From Eledone cirrhosa (taxonomy: Eukaryota): DNA of 64,000 nucleotides. The position numbers and the translations under genes are program-made. Below, piece after piece: positions 42,348-54,745 of the stretch (positions are counted from its first letter, which is position 1; each line of letters starts with the position of its first letter). A model generated the notes under the pieces. It made no database searches, was not told the DNA's origin, and worked only from the letters and a program-made list of their open reading frames with translations. The stretch is from the NCBI GenBank assembly GCA_964016885.1, contig OZ024740.1, positions 172,360,001 through 172,424,000 on the forward strand, given 5' to 3'.

Positions 42348-42710
42348 CCTATTTCCACGCCATAAGGTATCAAGCCTTATAGCAAGTAAATATTATGCTC
42401 CCTGCCCAACGCATGCGGTCAAGCCGTTAAAATGACACACACGCATAATCAGGTCGCTGATAAACGCTGGATATTATATACATGTCGAATTGACACTAAA
42501 ATTAGCAGCATTATTCAACGTTTTGTTCTCTACATAAGGAGAATAATTATAGAAGTGGATGGATACCTTTCGACATGTTTATAATATCCAGCTTTTATCA
42601 GCGACCTGATTATGCGTGTGTGTCATTTTAACGGCTTGACCGCATGCGTTGGGCAAGGAGCATAATATTTACTTGCTATAAGGCTTGATACCTTATGGCG
42701 TGGAAATAGG

Positions 42711-42791
42711 GCTGTCTGAAGATTCATTTCTTTCCATTGGAAATTCGTTGGATTTTCAATCTTTCGGAATGATGAAACCGTCGGTAACAGC
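42711..42791 (+). ncRNA. Type I hammerhead with branched helix II
   Basis: gctgt-CTGAAGA-[t-tcattt...gaatga-t with two inner hairpins]-GAAA-ccgtcg-GTA-acagc. Helix I is perfect; helix III is ACC/GGT. Confidence 0.75.
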
Positions 42792-42863
42792 GTCTGAACA
42801 AGTGATTATTTAATCATTTTTTAATTTATTTAGAAAATTGTTTAATAACCGCTTACTTCGCTT

Positions 42864-42896
<33 letters not shown>

Positions 42897-42900
<4 letters not shown>

Positions 42901-43033
42901 ATAAAAATAAATGTGAAGATTAAAATCCGAAGAGGGCTCGATAAGGATAATATATATATAAAAATATATAAAAACCGTAGAGCAAATATTTATTAAAATA
43001 ACAGATTAAAGTTTAAGCAAAAAATCGCTGCTT
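42897..43033 (-). mobile_element. 3' fragment of the CAGAAGA-core hammerhead family
   Basis: Joins, in one orientation, the two segments that are inverted relative to each other at 52277-52585. Confidence 0.65.
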
Positions 43034-43554
43034 AATATATATATATATATCAGAATGTATTTGACTGCTATTTCTTGTAAATAAACATTCACTTCCATCC
43101 TGACGTCACTAGCCCCGTTTTTTCCTCATGTGCTTTTTCATAAATACACATGAAGGCGAACTAGCCAGTTTTAGAATTCCCTTTTTCGGATTATATTACT
43201 GTGAGAGCCCTGGTTTCTGTTGAGCTCTGCTGATGAATGAAATCCAACCGTGACCATCTCCACTGAAAGTTTTCATGAAATAGTCTTTTAAGACTATACA
43301 GAGCATTTGATGTTATTCCAAATTGAAGGATAAGTGTTTCAAACTTTATTTTATCATGAGTTAAAGGTCTATAGATTTTTCCCTGGATTTTACTAAATTC
43401 TGAGGATGAATTTATATCCTGATTCTCTTTTGAGATGAGTTTGAGTTATTTTTCCTAAATCTTTCGTTTACTACTTTTCTCATCTTGACGTTATAGTCGC
43501 ATATATGTTATAGAATGCCGTTAGCTTCTTGCTAAAACAATCTCTATACCTCTC

Positions 43555-43618
<64 letters not shown>

Positions 43619-44260
43619 GTATGTATGAGTGTATGTATATATATATAGAGAGAGAGAGATTTATGCAAAAACTGACCTCGTAGCAAATTTTAAACTTGAT
43701 TTCAATGAAGTATTCTATAGAATATAGCATGAATCACCACTCAGCTACGTCAACAACAACAATAACAACACAACAGAAGTAAAGAAACAATACAATGGTT
43801 TTTATTTTTTATTTTTCCTAGCTTCCCTGTGTCACGAAAGCGGCTGTTTGTAAACAAAGAGAATAATGGCTAACAGATAATAATGACAAATACTACAATT
43901 GAAATATTTGTAAACAAAACATAGGGCATGACAATACATTGCCGGGTGGCGTGTGGTGGTGGTAAGGTGCCAAATAAAAAAGAAAAAATTAAAAATGTTT
44001 GCAACCCTGTTATTAGTTGTCAACTGTTAAGTGTGCAATGGCGTTTTTTTTTGTAAATTATGTAATTGTATGTATGTATGTATGTATGTATGTATGTATG
44101 TGTATATATGTATGTATGTGTGTGTATATATTTATGTATGTATGTATATGTACATATTTGTATGTATGTATGTGTAGGTGCACATTGGCGTTGTTTGAAT
44201 ATGTGTATAGTGTGTATATATATATAAACATACACATACACACACACACACACCGACGCA

Positions 44261-44358
<98 letters not shown>

Positions 44359-44359
44359 A

Positions 44360-45125
44360 GTTGATTGTACAAGTTGTGCATGTGTCAAGCAATGACATTA
44401 GTTGGATGTACACACACTCCGAATCGCGTGCTTAGCACTTGCATACTCAGTTTCAGAGTACTGCTCATTGGTCCCGATAGGAGGGAGCTGCCATGCCTAG
44501 CAAGTCAACACCATTCTCAACTCGGCAATGAGAATAGTATCTGGCATACAGAAATCTACACCTACTCAGTGGTTGCCTACCCTTTCTCATATAGCTCCTT
44601 CTCACAAGCGGCGTCAGGACATGATCCGCGAAGCAGCAATTCTTACCAAGCCCAAGCCCAACCTTCCCATCCATAAAAACCTTGAAAATCTTCCAAAACA
44701 GGCAAACGCTTGAAATCACGCAAACCATTCTGGGAGTCACTGAAGAGCCTTCGAGACAATAACTTTAATCTGAAGGAAGAGTGGCGAAAATCATGGAAGA
44801 GTCCAAATTTGCCAACAAAGACCTCGTCCAAGAACCCATATCTAAACCAGGTGGCTTTGACATTCTCAGAAAGCAATGGGTGTGCTTTAATCGGATCAGC
44901 ACAGCACGTACCAGGACAACCCATGATTTCTATCGATGGAAAATCAAATACAGCCCAGCATAGGGATCCTGGCCAGATATTGCTGCATGGTGTTCGGAAT
45001 TGTCCCCTCTGACCTTTCCCGGCGAGCTAGAGGCAATTCATAATAGTTTAAACGACGTCTTAGTCTGGCTCACTAACCCCGATCTGCCTCTCTAACTATT
45101 GTGCATATGTCATATGACAGGAAGA
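44360..45125 (+). mobile_element. Vingi/Ingi-like LINE 3' fragment
   Basis: MRIVSG..KSTPTQWLPTLSHIAP...RLKSRKPFW...PGGFDILRKQWVCFNR...W resembles the post-RT region of Ingi/Vingi elements (recognised from memory). Confidence 0.6.
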
Positions 45126-45159
45126 ATACATACACACACATATATAATACATATACATA

Positions 45160-45199
<40 letters not shown>

Positions 45200-45704
45200 T
45201 GTCCCCATGCACCAAGTTCTCCCATGATTTGTGGTTCATTCGGTCTCGGCACCACAGACTCTCTCTTTTTTATGAGCTTTATTTTTCATACGTAGTAGCT
45301 GGAAAGAAACAATGCAGTTATTATTTCGAAGAGTTGAAATTAATGCATGCAAGATTTCGCAGCTCCAGTATCACTCCTTCATAGTCAGTTTATGAACTTT
45401 TCAGCCCCTCAGTGTCCTTGTTTGTCTATACGTTCGACTACAGTCCTTAACATTCTCTTCTGTTTTACTATTTCTCGCCTTTTTATATTTTTCTCCTTTT
45501 GCTAAGCCCTTGCCCACTCTGTATTTGTGTAATTTGCCTAAAGGCATAACTTGTCTCAATCTGTGTTTTTAACGTCCCAATGTGCACTAGAATAAGTGGT
45601 ATCAAACTTAATAAACCGAAACCGTAGTGATTTCCAGGGATTGACCAGAGAGATGGGGCAGTCCGTCATTACATTGTCTTTGTCCTGTGTGTCCCCTATT
45701 TTGA

Positions 45705-45760
<56 letters not shown>

Positions 45761-45765
<5 letters not shown>

Positions 45766-45968
45766 AACGAGTAGGACCCCGACGGCTGAGCTCAAGCCGT
45801 TTCGACGGCTAATTCTGGAGTCATCTGTCCAGAATTAGCCGTCCAAACGGCTTGAGCTCAGCCGTCGGGGTCCTACTCGTTCCTATTACCCACTCTACTA
45901 CCCTAAGTATTGAGTACTTTGGTGCGTTATGGTCCATCTGGTTCCTTTACCACATTTCCTTCGTTATA
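45761..45968. mobile_element. Fold-back half-hammerhead element
   Basis: Arms 45761-45819 and 45828-45886 are inverted. Each holds (G/C)AAA-cggc-ttgagctca-gccg-TC-ggggtc. Lies in (TA)n. Confidence 0.75.
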
Positions 45969-45990
45969 TATATATACAAATATATATACA

Positions 45991-46196
45991 CAGGGTGAGG
46001 CAAAAGTCGCGCACCATAAGGATAATTAATTAAAAGTATCACACACGCACTTGATAAGACAACGATAGATATTAAGTTGATCAATTACATAGTGTAAACA
46101 ATATATAGGAAAATATACCCCCTCCCCATATGATAATTAATTTAAAACATGATCAATTAATTAACTCCTATGGTGTGCGACTTTTGCCTCACCCTG
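45991..46196. mobile_element. Tc1/mariner-type MITE, 206 bp
   Basis: 28-bp terminal inverted repeats cagggtgaggcaaaagtcgcgcaccata / tatggtgtgcgacttttgcctcaccctg (one mismatch). TA on the right, CA within a TA tract on the left. Confidence 0.8.
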
Positions 46197-46421
46197 TATA
46201 TATATATATATATATATTCATGTTATTAAGGGTAAGTAATGAGTCTTGTTACTCTGGAGTTTCGTCTTTTTATCACAGGGTCATGACTCACTATGTAGCC
46301 TTTAAAAACTGAATATTAGATTTTTACTAGGCACTCTTTACTCTCAGTCGTCAACCACATACGGATATACTTGTATTTGTATATTCATGTACACACAAAT
46401 AAACACACATCTGTATGTATG

Positions 46422-46459
<38 letters not shown>

Positions 46460-46505
46460 TATATGTATGTATATTATATATATACATATATATATTATAT
46501 ATATG

Positions 46506-46646
46506 TATAGGGACAGCAGAGTGTGGTAATATGAAAGAGTTGGGACCCCGGCGGCTGAGCTCTTGCCGTTTCAATAGCTAGTTCCGAATTGCCTTTGGAA
46601 CTAACTGTTGAAAAACGGCAAGAGCTCAGCCGTCGGGTGTCCCGAC

Positions 46647-46653
<7 letters not shown>
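46506..46653. mobile_element. Fold-back half-hammerhead element, sister subfamily
   Basis: Inverted arms around the imperfect hairpin aatagctagttcc...ggaactaactgtt, with GAAA-cggcaagagctcagccg-TC. Confidence 0.7.
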
Positions 46654-46719
<66 letters not shown>

Positions 46720-46835
46720 TACACGCACAAATAAACACACATCTGTATGTATGTTTATATATATATATGCATATATGTATGTATATTATATATATACATA
46801 TATATATATTATATATATGTATATATATAATATAT

Positions 46836-46920
<85 letters not shown>

Positions 46921-46959
46921 TGTGTGTTTATTTGTGTGTGTATGAATATATAAATACAA

Positions 46960-47140
46960 GTATAAAGAGTTGGGACCCCGACGGCTGAGCTCTTGCCGTT
47001 TCAAAAGCAATTCGGAACTAGCTATTGAAACGGCAAGAGCTCAGCCGCCGGGGTCCCAACTCTTTCATATTACTACACTCTGCTGTCCCTAGTATCGAGT
47101 ACTCTGGTGAGTAATGGTCTAACCGGTTTTTACTGTATCT
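46960..47140. mobile_element. Fold-back half-hammerhead element, sister subfamily
   Basis: Same family as 46506-46653 in the opposite orientation. Confidence 0.7.
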
Positions 47141-47151
47141 ATATATATATA

Positions 47152-47363
47152 TATAACGAAGGAAATGTGGTAAGGAACCAGATGGACCATAACGCACCAA
47201 AGTACTCAATACTTAGGGTAGTAGAGTGGGTAATAGGAACAAGTATGACCCCGACGGCAGAGCTCAAGCCGTTTCGACGGCTAATTCTGGACTAAATAAA
47301 ATTATTTAGTCCAGAATTAGCCGTCGAAACGGCTTCAGCTCTGCCGTCGGGGTCATACTTGTT

Positions 47364-47368
<5 letters not shown>
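47152..47368. mobile_element. Fold-back half-hammerhead element
   Basis: Arms at about 47233-47299 and 47302-47368 are inverted; same family as 45761-45968. Confidence 0.75.
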
Positions 47369-47453
<85 letters not shown>

Positions 47454-47744
47454 GTATGTGTGTATGTGTGTGTGCGTAAAGAGAGAGAGGGTGGATTTCA
47501 TTGGGTCAAGCCAAGAGTGCAAATTTATTGACATTCAGGACCAGGTCACTTCGTGTATTTCAATTTAAATCTAAAATAGTAATTTTTACTTATGTGTTAG
47601 CATACACATAGATAGAGTCGCACACACATACGCACCCAGACATACACACATACACACTTATATATTGTTCTAATCACAAAAATCTGCTCACAAGTACACT
47701 ACCCGCTGTCAACATTTCTCTAAATACATTGCAACAAATATTAT

Positions 47745-48060
47745 CAAGGTTAACTTTGCCTTTCATCCTTACGGGGACGATAAAATAAAGTACCAGTCAC
47801 GCACTGGTTCAATTTCATCGACTCCCCCCCCCCCCAAAAAAAAAATTGCTGGCCTTGTGGCTAAATAAGAAACCATTATATATGGTGGATTGGCAGAATT
47901 GGTAGAGGGTTGGACATGCTTTCCAGCATAGTTACGTGCCTCTACGATCTGAGTTCAAATCCCGCCAAGGTTAACTTTGCCTTTCATCTTTACGAGGTCG
48001 ATAAAATAAAGTACCAGTAATGTACTGGATAATTGCTGGCCTTGTGCCGAAAGTAGAAAC

Positions 48061-48125
<65 letters not shown>

Positions 48126-48258
48126 CGCGTGTGTGTGATCTGAGTTCAAATCCCGCCGAGGTTAACTTTGCCTTTCATCCTTAAGGGGTCGATAAAATAA
48201 AGTACCAGTAATGTACTGGGATAATTGCTGGCCTTGCGCCAAAAATAGAAACAATTAT
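47745..48258 (+). mobile_element. Cluster of three dominant SINE copies
   Basis: SINE core near 47748, 47968 and 48158. Confidence 0.85.
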
Positions 48259-49227
48259 ATATATATATATATATATACACATATATGTGTGTCTGTGTAT
48301 CAATGTATATACACACACACACACACATATATATATATATGTGTGTATGTATGTATACATTGGTCGGTGTGGGTGTGTGTGTGTGAATGTGTGCGTGTGT
48401 TTGTGTGTGCTAGTATGTGTGTTCGGGTATTCTTCCCGTTTGTTTAATTCATAAAAATATAAAATGATATCCCCGACTATTTGGTGCGTCGTTGTGACTG
48501 AATATCTTCCTTAAACGAACTAAAAACGCTACTGCCTAGGTTTATGCCTTTAAGTCACATCAAATAAATCTAATTTCTGTAACTGTTCCAGCCAGTCCTT
48601 GTAAGGCCATTTCGGACGCTTGACTGTATGTTGAACATGGCGTTTCTATGGACCTTCGAAACGCTTAGTGTACCTATCCCCTCTCCATAACTGAAATCTC
48701 TCCTATATAACACACGGAACATATACTCGCTATGCTATATAACCACTGTTGTGTGCTTATTCCTCTTTCCCTTTAAATACACACTACTCCCTATCATGGA
48801 CTTTCAGCATGACATAAATACGCACTAATATGGTCAAACAAAGATTTCAACACTTAGGCAACGACAGCTCATCACCATAGAACTCATCAGCATAGGTAAT
48901 CGAAATAACAGTGCTCACGCCTATACATGTTTCAAGTAATGAAATCCTGTTGAATCAAATTTGTCTTTCATCGTTTCAAGGTTGATAAAATACACATGTA
49001 GTCTAGTGTGGTGGATTAGCAGAAGTGTTAGAGCATCGGACAAGATGTCTTATGGTATTTAGTCCCGTTCTTTGCAGTAGTAGGTTTAACCCGTCGCCTG
49101 ATTTTACATCACTAACTGGCCGTTGAATGCTCTTAGTAGGTTTTACTCTGTTGCAAACATTCTTACCTCGTTTCCGGTTTGAAGATATTGTCCCCCCCTT
49201 TCGCTTTCTCTGTCTGTCTGTCTGCCC

Positions 49228-49267
<40 letters not shown>

Positions 49268-50077
49268 TCCCCCTCTCTCCTATCAGTCTCGTAGGCTCCG
49301 AAAAATATCAGTGCCACTGCCCTTCTCACCATGACTAAACAGTAAAATAAAATTCCAAGATTCCAATCTTTGTAGGGATCATCACCTACACTACCGAACT
49401 AGGTGTAAGCAGTGAGATTGTTTACATATATTTGGGATATAATTCATTGCAAGACTAAAACATTAAGACATGAAATTTATAAATTAATGGTTGTTATGGT
49501 TACAAAAGGGTAAACTCGGGTGCATATGATGTGAAAAATGGTTAAGAGATACAGTGTGCGGGTAAACAAATGTAAGGAATATTTAATAGATAAAGTTAGG
49601 AAATAAACAAATGTTAATATAAACAATAGGTCCTCCATCTCTTTGAACGATGAGTATTCCCGTTGTTTTACTCACAAATCTTGGGTCAATCCATTGTGAC
49701 ACATGCGGTTGGCGTCCTACAATGCACATGTACACGACACTCATATACGCACGGACATTCACATAACCACACATATATATAAACCTACCTACCACATACA
49801 TACATACATGATGGCTGCAAACTCTGCTAAGAGTACTGCAATCACTTGTCCGATTATAGAGTTTGGTGCCCTTTTAGGCTACGGCCAGCCACACGAACCT
49901 GTAACATATCCTGAACAAGCAATGCCTGTGCTTTGAAGGGTTTTTTAAGTGGGGAAAGGCCTTGTACTCGACCAATCCTACTCTCTGAGCATCGAAAACA
50001 CTACCCGAAAAGCAGAACATACATACATACATACATACATACATACATACATACATACATACATACATACATACATA

Positions 50078-51672
50078 CAGATGAGGACTGCTACAGATAC
50101 CTGGGGATAGATGAGAACATATCCTATAATGGTATCTGTAATAAGGAACGCATAACCAGGGAATACTTCACCCGATTAAGAAGGATATGGTCATCGGAAC
50201 TCTCTGCGCAAAACAAAACAGTGACTCGCAATGTGTTTGCTGTGCCTGTCCTAACACCAACGTTTGGAATACTCAATTGGACGATAACGAAATCCGAGCA
50301 ATTGCTGTTAGAACTCGAAAAATACTAAACAACACCGGAAACTTCCACATCAACAGTGACACAGACCGCCTTTACTTGAAACGTAAGCAGGGAGGCGGAG
50401 GCCTAACATCAGTCCAGACAGCATTTGAATGTCACATCATATCCCTCCGACAACATCTACGAACCTCAAAGCGTAGGAGCCCGTCTCTCGAACAAGTCTA
50501 TCTGCATGAAACAGATAAGATCATGAGAGTTGGGAATTAACTCCTCGAGAGATATTCCCTGTGTGATAATCAAAAACTCACACCCAGGAAAGTCGCTCAG
50601 CAGTATCGCAGTGAATCCATGGATGAAAAACTGCATGCTTATCAGCAAAAAATCATGCATGGATATGTTGCCAGGAAGCTCCAGAGTGAGAGTAATATAG
50701 ATAAGGAAAGTAGTCTATCTTGGACCAACAACCGCTATATTGGCTCCCACTTTGAAAGATACGTTTTTGAGAAGAAGAACAGGAAATCAACAGGAAATAC
50801 CTGATTCACAAAAGAGATAGGGATGCAGGCAAAACACCTAGATGTGATAACAAGTGCAGACTCTGCAGACTTAACATCGAAGATGTCACCCATGTCATAA
50901 GCAGCTGTCCAAAGATGTCATCGCGGTACTGTCTACCTATGAGGCATGATGTAGTGGCCAAAACACTGTACAATGCAATCCGTAGAAAAGATAGTCCCGA
51001 TAATAAACACATTAAAAGCTACAGCAATGTGGAAGACATATATATACATAATATGAAAGAGTAATGGTGGAAATTTCCAGTAAAAACCCCAATAAAATGC
51101 AGGCATAACAGACCAGATATTATGATATGGAATAGGGAAAAGAAGGCATGCACAGTAGTGGAAGTTAGCTGCCCAGCAGATGCCAATATAATATCAAAGA
51201 TTAGCGAAAAGGAGAATATTTATGCAGAACTGATGAGAAATCTGCAGATACTCCACCCTGATTATACCTTCAGATTTATATTGGGGCACCAGGATATGTT
51301 AGTAACTACCTCAATACAAATCTTGAGAAGCTGGACTTCACGGGAACAGAAAGAACACAAGTTAGGAAATTACAAGTTCAATCCATTAATGGAACAGTAA
51401 AAATATGTAAAACATTCAAAAAATGTTGCATCTAATAACTGCATATACACATGTACAGATACTAAGCATATACACATGCACATATACAACTCAAAACATC
51501 CACATCCACACATACAATAACATCCATATCTACACATGCATGCACGCAGACATGCAGACATAATCTACCTAGTTGATGTTGTGTAAATTCCAATGTGAGA
51601 GTCTTGTGTCTATATTAGAAACCGACTCTCTCTCTATTGGGAAACATTTGTGAAATTATAAGACCAGAAGAA
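50078..51672 (+). mobile_element. R4/Dong-like non-LTR retrotransposon, 5'-truncated and decayed
   Basis: YRYLGIDE (RT end), DRLYLKRKQGGGGL, CCHC knuckle CRLC...THVISSC, RHD, HNRPDI...VVEVSCP...EKENIY. Embedded in (CATA)n. Confidence 0.85.
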
Positions 51673-52276
51673 CATACATACGTACATACATATAGCTATA
51701 TAACAGACATGCATTCTTATGGTATTGTATATAAATATATGTCTGTCTTTATGTGTGCTTGTGTATGCATTCATAAAGTACCATCAAGCTATTCGAGAGC
51801 ACCATAGGACATCTACTCTTTGTATCCTGGCATCTTGCATCGAAACATGTGTAGGGTATATACATTTACATGCATACAACCATACTTTTCGCCAAATGGC
51901 TGGACCAGAAAGCACCAAATTTGCACCATAGATGTAACTTTTTCCAAGTAAGAATGTGAGAGTATTTTTGTCTTCTAAATATCGTTAAAAGATTAAAGAT
52001 ATTTTCAAATGTCAACACTTCCGGTTATACGACATTCCTCTCTTTCTTAGTCTGTATTTTTAGATAGATACATAGCTATAACGTCGCCCCCTTATAATAT
52101 GTCTCTGTATGTCTGACTGTCTGCATTAGATACATAGCTATAACGTCGCAGGCCTATATCTGTCTGTCTGTCTGTCTGTCTGTCTGCATTGACTTTGCTT
52201 CTAACCAACTTCTAATTAATTCAGTGCAAAGATACCGCATGCCATCTCAATAATTAATTATATATATATATATATT

Positions 52277-52585
52277 AGTAATAATGATAAAAGTGAAGAC
52301 TAAAATCCAAAGCGGGCTCGATAAGGATAAATATATATCAAATATATAAGAAACCTAGAGCAAATATTTTTCTCATTACTGACATATTATCTTCACTTTT
52401 TTCCGTTCATTGCCAGGGAACGTCTTCACGAACCAAAGTATCGTCTTCCTGTTTTCCTTCGGTTGCAACGTTTTTCGAAATATTTACTTCTGCGTTCACA
52501 GATAGATTTTTTTTAGTTTCAGAAGATCCCGTTAAGGGTGAAAGCAGCGATTCTTTGCTTAAACTTTAATCTGTTATTTTAATAT
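52277..52585. mobile_element. Retrozyme-like element with CAGAAGA-core hammerhead (52515-52565, +) and inverted left arm
   Basis: agttt-CAGAAGA-t-ccc-gttaa-ggg-t-GAAA-gca...tgc-TT-aaact. Flanked by (TA)n; related copies at 18858 and 42897. Confidence 0.6.
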
Positions 52586-52759
52586 ATATATATAATTATA
52601 TATTTGTGTACAGATATTTTTGCATACACAAAAACAAAATATAAACAAACGTATTCATTTCACGAAAGCACAGACGGCTTATCGTCATTGTTACTGCCGA
52701 TATGCCACCCAAAAAGTCCCAGTCTGGCCGCAAGATCAGATTTTCCAGAAGAAAAAATG

Positions 52760-53296
52760 TTATTAGAGCAACAGAGAGACTAAGATTCGCGATTACCATC
52801 AACAAAGCTCAGGGTCAAACACTAAAAGTGGCTAGCCTTCATCTGGGAAAACCATGCTGCTTTCATGGTCAATTGTATGTAGGATGCTCTAGGGTGAGCT
52901 CACCAAACGATCTCTTTATCTTTACTCCCGAGAGCCAAATAAAAAATATTGTATACTCTGAGGCTCTAGCAATGTAATTTATGTATTTTCTGTTACTTGG
53001 AATTTCCATTATGGTTGTACAAATTATTGTAAAGTTTGTTTAAAAATGTGTTCTCTATTCAGCCTTTATTGTTGTAACTATCAATTTTCTTTAACGTACT
53101 GACTACTGAACTGGGGAATCCTAAAAACTATTCAAACCCAACATCAGAGCACGTTAACCCCCCCCCCCCCCCCCCCACCTCCCCCTCGCTGAATTTAGAG
53201 GGCGTGCGGTATCTTTGCACTGGAGTGGAGGCGGGATTCCTGAAAAGATAAAATGCCGGTATACCTAGCCGAGCGCCAGCCGGACAGGCCAGCTAG
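52760..53296 (+). mobile_element. Helitron 3' fragment (Pif1-type helicase C-terminus and CTAG end)
   Basis: FAITINKAQGQTL...HGQLYVGCSRV...KNIVYSEAL, then a GC-rich subterminal segment and CTAG-T at 53293-53297. Confidence 0.85.
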
Positions 53297-53364
<68 letters not shown>

Positions 53365-53371
<7 letters not shown>

Positions 53372-53530
53372 GGTAAACAGAAATAACAGCACAATCGGTA
53401 CAGTATATGGAAGGGATATATTAGGTTAACCCTTGATATAGCAAGAAGAGAGTCTTAACGTTTCCGACGTTTGTCCTTCTTCAGAAGAAAGAATGAGAAA
53501 TAAGATAGATTGAGGGAACAAGGCAAGGAA
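53365..53530 (-). mobile_element. PLE-type pseudo-LTR fragment with minimal hammerhead (53453-53488)
   Basis: Minus strand: tctt-CTGAAGA-aggac-aaac-gtcg-GAAACGTT-aaga. Homologous to 37401-37570. Confidence 0.65.
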
Positions 53531-54212
53531 AGAAGAAACGGACAAACAAGAGGATGCAATAACATGAGGTGCATTAGTTTCAAACTTGGAAGAAGAAGAA
53601 TGAGTTACATAATCAATGCCCTTCATCAGGAATAACACAATTATTGTTCGCTCTGGCTTGAGGTATCTGGTCTTTAATGCGAAGAAATACCGATGATGGC
53701 CATAAGATCACTGATGACGGATAGTCCTGATTTCCTGCTCTATTTTTTTTAATTCATGTGTATCACATTCGCAACATCGCAGCACGCCAGTTTTCATTCA
53801 TATATATATATATATATATATACTAGAAATTGATTGACATATATATATTTAAAATAAACACATGAAACAATGACAGGGGATAATTTGTAAAGTGTGTATC
53901 ACACATAGTTATGTAGGTAACTAATTAAACTTTAACTAGAGCTTCAAATATTAACTTTTTAAAAAATGATTAATCCTCCTTGTATATATTTCATTAAAGA
54001 AATATATTTCACCGTTAATCCGTAAAGTGACAGTAGTAAAAATCTTGGATCTTCAGCAAGGGGGAAGATTTAACGATCTGTGCTTACACATCTAATGCAA
54101 ATCTGCAAGTGAGCCATCGCACGTGTTGCATTTCTAAAACTACTAACAACATGCTAGCGTTCTACGGTGGATATGGCGCATGTCTCGGACATAACTCCCT
54201 TAATTTAATTAA

Positions 54213-54271
<59 letters not shown>

Positions 54272-54309
54272 TCACACACATACGTATATGCATATGTGTG
54301 TGTGTTCAA

Positions 54310-54487
54310 TAGAGGGTAACGACAGTTAGTAAGCTATTCAATATATTAGTAGAGTGTAAACATCATGTTTAATATAGAAATGGTTTCTACAGGACTAGAA
54401 CTGTTTCATTTAAAAACAAAATCATCAGGATGATTTCTTTTGAATGAAACAGTTCTAGTCCTGTAGAAACCCATTATATATTAAATA

Positions 54488-54492
<5 letters not shown>
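54310..54492. mobile_element. PLE-type terminal fragment folded back at the hammerhead core
   Basis: Arms at about 54363-54426 and 54429-54491 are inverted, with the breakpoint at the CTGATGA core. Confidence 0.6.
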
Positions 54493-54549
<57 letters not shown>

Positions 54550-54702
54550 ATAAATGCTCTGAAATAGCGATATATATGTGAATATAGACATAGAATATTC
54601 GAAAATATTCTGTATGTTTATAATAAACATTTTGAAGACCTAATCGCTATAGAATAGAATACGTCACGTATTACAATTAGATTCTCGATAAAAGCAAGGG
54701 AA

Positions 54703-54745
54703 GTAATCTACGCGTTTCATTCTCGTTAGAAATCATCAGGACTAC
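54703..54745 (-). ncRNA. Type I hammerhead ribozyme (inverted copy)
   Basis: Reverse complement of 55136-55178. Confidence 0.8.

Larger units (their letters stand above)
42081..42870. mobile_element. Retrozyme-like element, 467-bp unit plus 21-bp redundancy followed by an inverted arm of about 300 bp
   Basis: tatagaagtggatggatacct at 42081 and 42548. 42569-42870 is the reverse complement of about 42190-42489. Flanked by (TA)n. Confidence 0.85.

Noticed and set aside
49669-49720. Possible minus-strand micro-exon ending in a gtgagt donor
   Set aside because: Weak acceptor and no recognisable peptide.
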